From: a virus
Length of the DNA stretch: 64,000 nt
Virus record (IMG/VR): IMGVR_UViG_3300042893_000684
Coordinates: 1 to 64,000 of that record
Direction: 5' to 3' (one strand)
Numbering within the stretch: the stretch's first letter is position 1; every line of letters starts with the position of its first letter. This document shows, piece after piece, positions 57,497-64,000 of the stretch. A program made the position numbers and the translations under genes. The notes under the pieces are model-generated. The model was not told the DNA's origin. It worked only from the letters and a program-made list of their open reading frames with translations, and did not search any database.

Positions 57497-60400
57497 TGAT
57501 ACAGGTATCAGCAAATACAACGAATGCCTTAAGCAAGGCCGTAAACGTATCTGTAACTAACGGATGTCGTGTTGAGTATAATATGAACGACCTAATATCA
57601 GGAGTGGCTGTAACAGCCCCTGAAGGCGTTATAACAGCAACCCTGACTGCTCCACAGAATCAAGGCGGATATCAATATAAGCCTTTTGAAAAGCTATTTC
57701 CAATAAAAAGCATTATTGATCCAAGACGCCCAAAGGTAGCTGGGATTCAATATATGATTGCAGCAGACCCAAGCCTTAGCACAACACTTGCTGCTAGTGG
57801 GTCAGCAGATGGTAAAACATATGCGGCGGCAAAGGAATTAAATAAAAGACTATATTTTTCTGGAATAAAAACTGCTTATAAATATTGGGTAACCCCAAAG
57901 GCAGCAAGCGGAAGTACCTCTTTAACAAATTGTATATTAACTGTTTCATACCCAGCAGTAAAAACTGCTGCAGCAAATAAAATTGTTCTTAAGTTTGAAA
58001 CATCTCACTCCAAACCTACATCCTGGAACGTAAAACTTTTAAGTCTATCTGGAGTAGAGTCTACAATATATACAGGAACAACTTGCCCAGATAACGGAAT
58101 AGTAAACTTATACTACAACGGATCGGCTTGGGTAGACGTAGAACCTGCAACCGTTTCTACAGGGGTAGACCTAAGCGGGTTGAAGTTACAAGTTAATAGT
58201 ATAAGTACTGCAGGCGGGTACCTAGGAATAATTGAAATATCAGCAAGACTAGTAAAGGATGTAACAGACATTCTTCAATCATTTGATATATCTCAGAACT
58301 CATCAGACTCAATCAATGGCTTAGTCCCAGTTGGAGATGTAACAGCAAACTATTTAAGACTTAGTTTAAATGCATACGATAAGTCCTATGACAATTATGA
58401 TAAGACTAAAGCTTTTAATAAAAACAAATTAAGCCTTTATGAAAACATTACAATTAGACCACACGTTATAGTTGAATCAGAAAAAATTAATCTAGGTGTT
58501 TTTTACCTTGACTCATATGAGGTAGATGAATTTGGAGAAGTTTCTATTAATGCATTAGATGGGGCAAGAGAACTTCAGTATATTAAGCCACCAGATATTG
58601 TAACAAAGGACATGTCCACAGTTGCTATAATCAGAAGACTGTTAGATTCAGTTGGATTTTCCAATTATAAATTTAATCTAGTAGATACCGATACCTCTAT
58701 TGTTGCTCCCTACTACTGGTACACCGATCCTCAAAAGACAGTTTGGCAGCACATACAAGATTTATGTAAGGACACTCAGATGATTGCTGTTTTTGACAAC
58801 AACGATGTTCTGCAATTTTATCCAAGAGGATATATATTTAATACAGCAAAAAACCCAGACGCTTCTTTTAGATATAGCAATACAGCAGATGGAAAGCTAG
58901 CAAACATATCAGGAATATCAATTGAAAATGTTCCATCAGTAAAAGCTATTAAAGTTATGTATAGCCCACAGCTTACATCTAATTATGATGGAGATGCCGA
59001 CAACCTTTATACTTCCCCAGTAGTCACACTTGGATCAGCAGCACTAATGGCTGATTTGCCAAAGGTTGCTACAGCAGAAACAGATGCACCAAAGGGAGTA
59101 ATTAAATTAAGGCCAGTAGAAATTTCAGGAGCCGCACAGCAATTTTATTCCTACACAGGGTATTTAGTTTTAGGAAAAGAAATTATTGAGTATGACGCTA
59201 TTAAGTTTGTTTATGAGCCAGTTTCAGGAAGCCCAGCCGTTGCGTATAAGTGGATAAAGAATGAATCAGACATACAGTCTAACTTAGGTCTTGCTAAGCC
59301 TAACACCTTTAGGCCAACAGGCGAGTATAGAATTAAAGAAAGAAATGTTTTTAATGCAGTAACTGCCGATGCTGATTTAACACATAGCGCAGATATTGAT
59401 TCCCTAAGAATGGAATGGACGGGACAAAAATGGAACTCAGAGACTGGAAACTTTACTCCTGACAATACTGAATCAGCATTTACTTTAAAAGAAGTTGCTA
59501 TTAAAGATGAGAACGGTAAAGACTTAGCAAATCCAAATAATTTATTTAGTGCCATACCTAGGTCAATGATGACAATTTTTGCCCCGCTGGGAACATTAAA
59601 AGATAGTACACAAGATCCAACCATAAAAGAGCCTGTTCCAAACAAGATATATACTCTTGTAACAACAGATACGGCTAAATATCTTAAGGGGGAAAACTTT
59701 TCGATTGGAACAAATATGTATTTCCCATTGTTAAAGAATTCAAAAGGCGAAGCCACGGGAGAGCAAAGAACAATTTCGGGTATAGCATTTTCATTAAACT
59801 CAACTAACAAAAGTGGTTATTTTTTATCAGTAGCAACAACCCAAAACACAAGTGCAGATAAAGGATTTAGAGAACTTTCATTTTACAAAATTGTAGACGG
59901 AAAACTTATTAAGATGACTGACTCACAAAAAGAAGAAGACGGTAGTATCTTGACAGGAATAAGTGGAGGAAGACTATATAGAATAGATATCCGTGCAAAT
60001 TATTCTGTACCTACAGGAGGATCCGCTAAAGTTTTAACTTTAAGAATATCTATTAATAACAAAGAGTTTATTGTGGTAGACCAGTCTCCAATAACAATTA
60101 CAGAAAAAATTGGAATTGCTTCCCTTCAAGGGGTATCAGCATTTGACTATGTTTATGCTTCTGCTATAGATGAATCAGACTTTACTGCTGATAAAAAATA
60201 TAATCCTTACAAAGGATTTATGGGCGGAGAGTCTACAATTATTAAAACATTCGGAGAGTTTATTTTTAATCAAAAGGGACAAACCGAAAGCACCTCGTGG
60301 GTCAGAGAGTTTGGTCCAGTTGCAAGAGAACTTAAAAAGATTACAGCTAGGTATACTACTCCAGGCTTTCCGCTTTACCCAAGCCTAGTAAATAATCCAG

Positions 60401-60894
60401 ATGTAACAATTGCTGGAACCTCAATAGATTCTTTTGGAATGGACATCTATGTAATAAACAACACTGGAACATTTACGGATCTTGCTAATAGCGAAGAGAA
60501 ACAGTTTGTCGTGGTTGGCAACTATATCGTGCCTTCAGATCCATTTGAATATATTGACCCAGCACTTACAGATGAAGAAAAAAAGGAAATTGTAGGCTTT
60601 GACTCCACATGGATTCAGAGGGAGTCAGAAGCAATTGAGCTATCTAAGTTTATGACAAAGCAGTGGTCTAAGCAGCAAAAGGTTGTCACACTAGAAACAT
60701 TTTTTAATCCCCTAATACAAATAGGAGATATTGTGGAAATTTCTTACCCAGATAATGGACTATATTCTTCTGAAAACTCAACAATACCCGCTGGGTTTCA
60801 GGCTAATAAATTTGTTGTTCTGTCTATTGATAGTACCTACGATAAAGATTCTCCGCCTACAACAAACATAGCTTGTAGGTCAATTTATACATGA
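57496..60894 (+). CDS. Tail tip/baseplate hub protein
   Basis: Start reassigned to the TAATG overlap; NPLIQIGDIV.I.Y C-terminal motif; synteny. Confidence 0.65.
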   Translation: MIQVSANTTNALSKAVNVSVTNGCRVEYNMNDLISGVAVTAPEGVITATLTAPQNQGGYQYKPFEKLFPIKSIIDPRRPKVAGIQYMIAADPSLSTTLAASGSADGKTYAAAKELNKRLYFSGIKTAYKYWVTPKAASGSTSLTNCILTVSYPAVKTAAANKIVLKFETSHSKPTSWNVKLLSLSGVESTIYTGTTCPDNGIVNLYYNGSAWVDVEPATVSTGVDLSGLKLQVNSISTAGGYLGIIEISARLVKDVTDILQSFDISQNSSDSINGLVPVGDVTANYLRLSLNAYDKSYDNYDKTKAFNKNKLSLYENITIRPHVIVESEKINLGVFYLDSYEVDEFGEVSINALDGARELQYIKPPDIVTKDMSTVAIIRRLLDSVGFSNYKFNLVDTDTSIVAPYYWYTDPQKTVWQHIQDLCKDTQMIAVFDNNDVLQFYPRGYIFNTAKNPDASFRYSNTADGKLANISGISIENVPSVKAIKVMYSPQLTSNYDGDADNLYTSPVVTLGSAALMADLPKVATAETDAPKGVIKLRPVEISGAAQQFYSYTGYLVLGKEIIEYDAIKFVYEPVSGSPAVAYKWIKNESDIQSNLGLAKPNTFRPTGEYRIKERNVFNAVTADADLTHSADIDSLRMEWTGQKWNSETGNFTPDNTESAFTLKEVAIKDENGKDLANPNNLFSAIPRSMMTIFAPLGTLKDSTQDPTIKEPVPNKIYTLVTTDTAKYLKGENFSIGTNMYFPLLKNSKGEATGEQRTISGIAFSLNSTNKSGYFLSVATTQNTSADKGFRELSFYKIVDGKLIKMTDSQKEEDGSILTGISGGRLYRIDIRANYSVPTGGSAKVLTLRISINNKEFIVVDQSPITITEKIGIASLQGVSAFDYVYASAIDESDFTADKKYNPYKGFMGGESTIIKTFGEFIFNQKGQTESTSWVREFGPVARELKKITARYTTPGFPLYPSLVNNPDVTIAGTSIDSFGMDIYVINNTGTFTDLANSEEKQFVVVGNYIVPSDPFEYIDPALTDEEKKEIVGFDSTWIQRESEAIELSKFMTKQWSKQQKVVTLETFFNPLIQIGDIVEISYPDNGLYSSENSTIPAGFQANKFVVLSIDSTYDKDSPPTTNIACRSIYT

Positions 60895-60913
60895 GAAATG
60901 GTAGAATGTAAAT

Positions 60914-61273
60914 ATGAGTAATATTAAAAACCCAGCGTCCTCAACGGCAAAAGTAAAAAAGCTTTTGCTTTTTGAAGGAGACCCTTTAATTAAAACTCTT
61001 AAGCCAGACTATTATGCTATTGTTGGTAAAGACACGCTGACTGGTATTGCAGACCCTACTGGAGAAGACCCAGGAACAGACCCAGAAGATCCTGGCGAAG
61101 AGGATCCAGGTGAACCAGGTGATGGACTAAAGGCACCATCTTTGTCTGATATAACTCTTATAAGCAAGACTATGGTTACAGACAAAAACAAAAATCAATA
61201 TGTTGAGTTTGTATTTAATGTTAAAAATAGCGGCGGAGAAACAGTAGTGGGGGCAGAGGTTTATGGACAATAG
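60914..61273 (+). CDS. Hypothetical tail protein with acidic Pro-rich linker, leaderless
   Basis: TGGTAGAAT 6 nt before ATG; EDPG repeats. Confidence 0.6.
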   Translation: MSNIKNPASSTAKVKKLLLFEGDPLIKTLKPDYYAIVGKDTLTGIADPTGEDPGTDPEDPGEEDPGEPGDGLKAPSLSDITLISKTMVTDKNKNQYVEFVFNVKNSGGETVVGAEVYGQ

Positions 61274-62219
61274 AATAAGCTTAGTTGGAGAATATATCTT
61301 TTACGAAGACGGCAAAGAGATATGCCGTAATAAAAACCTAATAACTAAATTTGGTAAAAGATATTTAACACAGTATCTGGCTGGCCAATCAAATACAAAT
61401 TTAAAAGATATTGCAATTGGTATAGGTTCCACTGCGGCATCAGTAAATGACACACAACTGGGATTTGAATTTTATAGATCTCCAGTAACAATGAGTAGCA
61501 TTGACATACAAACTAGCTCAGTAACGGGAGTTAGCACATATGGTGTAGTTCACAAGACAACAATACCAGTAGATGTTGTAGGAGTTATTAATGAATTAGG
61601 TCTTTTCCCAACTGTATCTTTGTCAAGCACAGACTACGCAAGTAATTCTATTTCTACTTTTGAAGATAATCAAAGCTGGGTAGATTCAGGTGGGCTGTAC
61701 CCTACTGTATTAACAACACCAACTCCTAAAATTGGAACTTATTATTTGTCTATGAGTGCATCGGCCTCTGGAGTAAAACAATATTTTAACAATTTTAATA
61801 TAGACGTATCTGGATACAGCGCACTAGATAGCCTAACAATTGCATATCGTCAATCTGATTTAAACTTAGATTACGTATTTGTAAGAATGTATGACTCAAA
61901 CAATAACTACTATGAGATTAGATATGCAGGAGACGTATCAACAGGAGACAAGATTAAATCATTAACTTTAAACAATCTTTACAGCAGCGGCTACGGATCT
62001 GGCCTTCCAGATCAGACTTCTATTGTTAAAATTGGAGTAGGCGTAAAAGCAAAATCATCGGGAGCAACAACAGTTTTGTTTGATGGATTAAGAATTAATG
62101 ACGAAGATGCATTTAGAACAGACTACGGTCTTATTAGTAGATCGGTTTTAACTACTCCTATTGTAAAGACCTTTGGAAAACAAATGGTTATTGAATATAG
62201 AATTGGGTTAGATTTTTAA
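61263..62219 (+). CDS. Minor tail protein
   Basis: N.IT..G...L..YLAG, IAIG.G......DT.L.FE..R, I.ELGLF. Confidence 0.65.
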   Translation: MDNRISLVGEYIFYEDGKEICRNKNLITKFGKRYLTQYLAGQSNTNLKDIAIGIGSTAASVNDTQLGFEFYRSPVTMSSIDIQTSSVTGVSTYGVVHKTTIPVDVVGVINELGLFPTVSLSSTDYASNSISTFEDNQSWVDSGGLYPTVLTTPTPKIGTYYLSMSASASGVKQYFNNFNIDVSGYSALDSLTIAYRQSDLNLDYVFVRMYDSNNNYYEIRYAGDVSTGDKIKSLTLNNLYSSGYGSGLPDQTSIVKIGVGVKAKSSGATTVLFDGLRINDEDAFRTDYGLISRSVLTTPIVKTFGKQMVIEYRIGLDF

Positions 62220-64000
62220 TGGGTGCTTACGATAGAGATGAAGTTGGTTATAGATTACCACCTGATTTAGAAATAACACCTACAGCAGCTGCTGCCTCTG
62301 CTGCCGTAGGTTCAAAAGATTCCTATACAAAAAAAATAAAGATTCCTCTTATAAAAAATAAAGAATATAGATTTTTCTTTACTTACTTGCATGAAGACCC
62401 AGAAACAAAAGAAATAAAAGAAAGCGACAGGTCTCCCGTATGGAAAGAAACTTTTACTATTCCAAATTTAACTAAGGCTGTAAAAAATTTAACATTAACT
62501 CCAGGATCACAATCTTACGGAGTTAAGTTTGATCTTGACCCTTTAAGTGAACAAGAAGATGTCGTTATATTTGAAAGCCTTACCAGTAATTTTGCTACAC
62601 AAACTATTGTTTATACAGGAACATCTACTAACGTTTCAATTCTTACAACAGGGCCAAACGCATTTGCGCCAAGATGGGTGAAGGTTAGATCCAGAGATAA
62701 ATGGGACGACTTAAATATATCAGAAGCCACTGCTGGACCAGTAACACCTTTTAGTGCAGATGTTGATACAACATATACTGTTGAAAACCCAGCTAGTTCT
62801 TCTGCATCCGCTTCTATTGATCCTAAAGATTTAAGCGGATTTAGTCTTGTTTCAACAATTAGCTGGGCGCAATCTACAAATGTTAAAACGGCGGGATATG
62901 CAATAAGATGGTCAACAGATAATCCAGCAACAGTAACAAATCCTTTATGGGAATACGCATCAGTAAGCGGAATAACAACAACCTCTTTTACCGCAACAGG
63001 ATTAATTCCAAACACAACATATTATTATCAAGTTGCATCAACAACACCATACGATGTCGTAAGTTGGACAGGTGCTGCAAGTGGAACATTTATTGCTTCA
63101 GATGCAGATGGAACAGCGGCAGGTGCATTAGCAAGACTTAAATCTTTTATAGCAATAGGCGGGGCATCGCAAGATCTATTTAAAATAGGAACAGGCATAT
63201 CTCAAAGTATTAATTTAAATACAGATCCGCTTGTAAGCCCAACATTAACTGCGGGAACCTATCATGGAATTATATTAAATAAATCAACTACCAACGTAGG
63301 TAATAACTTTTGGCTTACCACTGGTCAGTTTAGAGTTGGAAACCCAACAGAGTTTATGTACTGGAATGGAACAAACCTATATCTAACTGGAAATGTAAAT
63401 GCTACAGGCGGCAAGTTTACAGGTAATGTCCAGCTAGCGATCCCAGCTGGGGCAACTACAAGTGGTACTCTTTTTGCAGGCGCTAATCCAACATCGGGGG
63501 CAAGAGTAAGATTTAGTAGCGAGGGTATATTTGCATATGATGCTACAAGCACGGACAATGCAACGGGTCAAACATTTTCTTTAGTTCAATCAACAGGTAG
63601 ATTAAATGCCAATTTAGGTACAGTTGGCGGATGGACACTTGCAACAACAGGATTCTCATCAAGCAATACTAAAATTGAAAATGATGGAAACATCACGCTA
63701 GGAAATCAAGTAGGATCAATCTATCCAATAGTCAGACTTAGCGCAACCGATGATTTTAGATTGTGGGTTGGAAGCAACAGCTCTTCAACTGCTAAGTTTA
63801 GAGTTTCAAAAGAAGGTATTCTGTATGCTGAAGGAGCAGTAATAGGTCTAGGAGCAGGATCTACAATTGATGGATACGCAACAACAAGCTCTTTAAATAA
63901 TTACACTCTTACAACTACTACGACAGCAATTAATAGCAGGCTGCAAACCGTTGAAGGTGCTTATGTTACCAATACAACACTTAATACTAATATTGCTACA
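62219..64000 (+). CDS. Large tail fibre/FN3 protein, truncated by the window end
   Basis: ATG at the TAATG overlap; frame appears open to 64000; TGLIPNTTYYYQV FN3 motif; G.VGGW repeats. Confidence 0.7.
   Translation, partial: MGAYDRDEVGYRLPPDLEITPTAAAASAAVGSKDSYTKKIKIPLIKNKEYRFFFTYLHEDPETKEIKESDRSPVWKETFTIPNLTKAVKNLTLTPGSQSYGVKFDLDPLSEQEDVVIFESLTSNFATQTIVYTGTSTNVSILTTGPNAFAPRWVKVRSRDKWDDLNISEATAGPVTPFSADVDTTYTVENPASSSASASIDPKDLSGFSLVSTISWAQSTNVKTAGYAIRWSTDNPATVTNPLWEYASVSGITTTSFTATGLIPNTTYYYQVASTTPYDVVSWTGAASGTFIASDADGTAAGALARLKSFIAIGGASQDLFKIGTGISQSINLNTDPLVSPTLTAGTYHGIILNKSTTNVGNNFWLTTGQFRVGNPTEFMYWNGTNLYLTGNVNATGGKFTGNVQLAIPAGATTSGTLFAGANPTSGARVRFSSEGIFAYDATSTDNATGQTFSLVQSTGRLNANLGTVGGWTLATTGFSSSNTKIENDGNITLGNQVGSIYPIVRLSATDDFRLWVGSNSSSTAKFRVSKEGILYAEGAVIGLGAGSTIDGYATTSSLNNYTLTTTTTAINSRLQTVEGAYVTNTTLNTNIAT

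Noticed and set aside
1-64000. Alternative genetic code, tRNA genes, integrase
   Set aside because: Genes tile densely under the standard code with all three stop codons used; no cloverleaf or recombinase motifs were recognised by eye.

Overview
The window is 64 kb of an AT-rich, long-tailed (siphovirus-type) dsDNA phage. Its host is probably a low-GC actinobacterium; this is inferred from leaderless extended -10 promoters, a PASTA domain, CRP/WhiA-like boxes and the holin type. From left to right it contains: (1) a divergent non-coding region that may be the replication origin; (2) small accessory genes (two DUF6065-like proteins, a 2OG-Fe(II) oxygenase, an HNH nuclease, membrane microproteins, a lysozyme-like protein); (3) a class II ribonucleotide reductase and a holin; (4) a ~31 kb block of fibre/decoration genes (collagen-like, glycine-rich, lectin and FN3 proteins plus chaperones) with embedded protein-modifying enzymes; and (5) the morphogenesis module: portal, protease/scaffold, capsid, neck, tail tube, frameshifting tail chaperone, a 2768-aa tape measure and tail-tip genes. 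I found no terminase, integrase, tRNA or CRISPR array. The two strongest candidates for a new system are a tape measure protein that appears to carry globular cargo domains, one of them HipA/PI3K-kinase-like, between repeated xxxGG motifs, and a PASTA/Pro-Phe-repeat/Hint autoprocessing protein coupled to a GNAT and four oxygenase-fold genes. A collagen-plus-glycosyltransferase virion-modification module is a further candidate. All product calls come from motif recognition by eye; no database searches were run.
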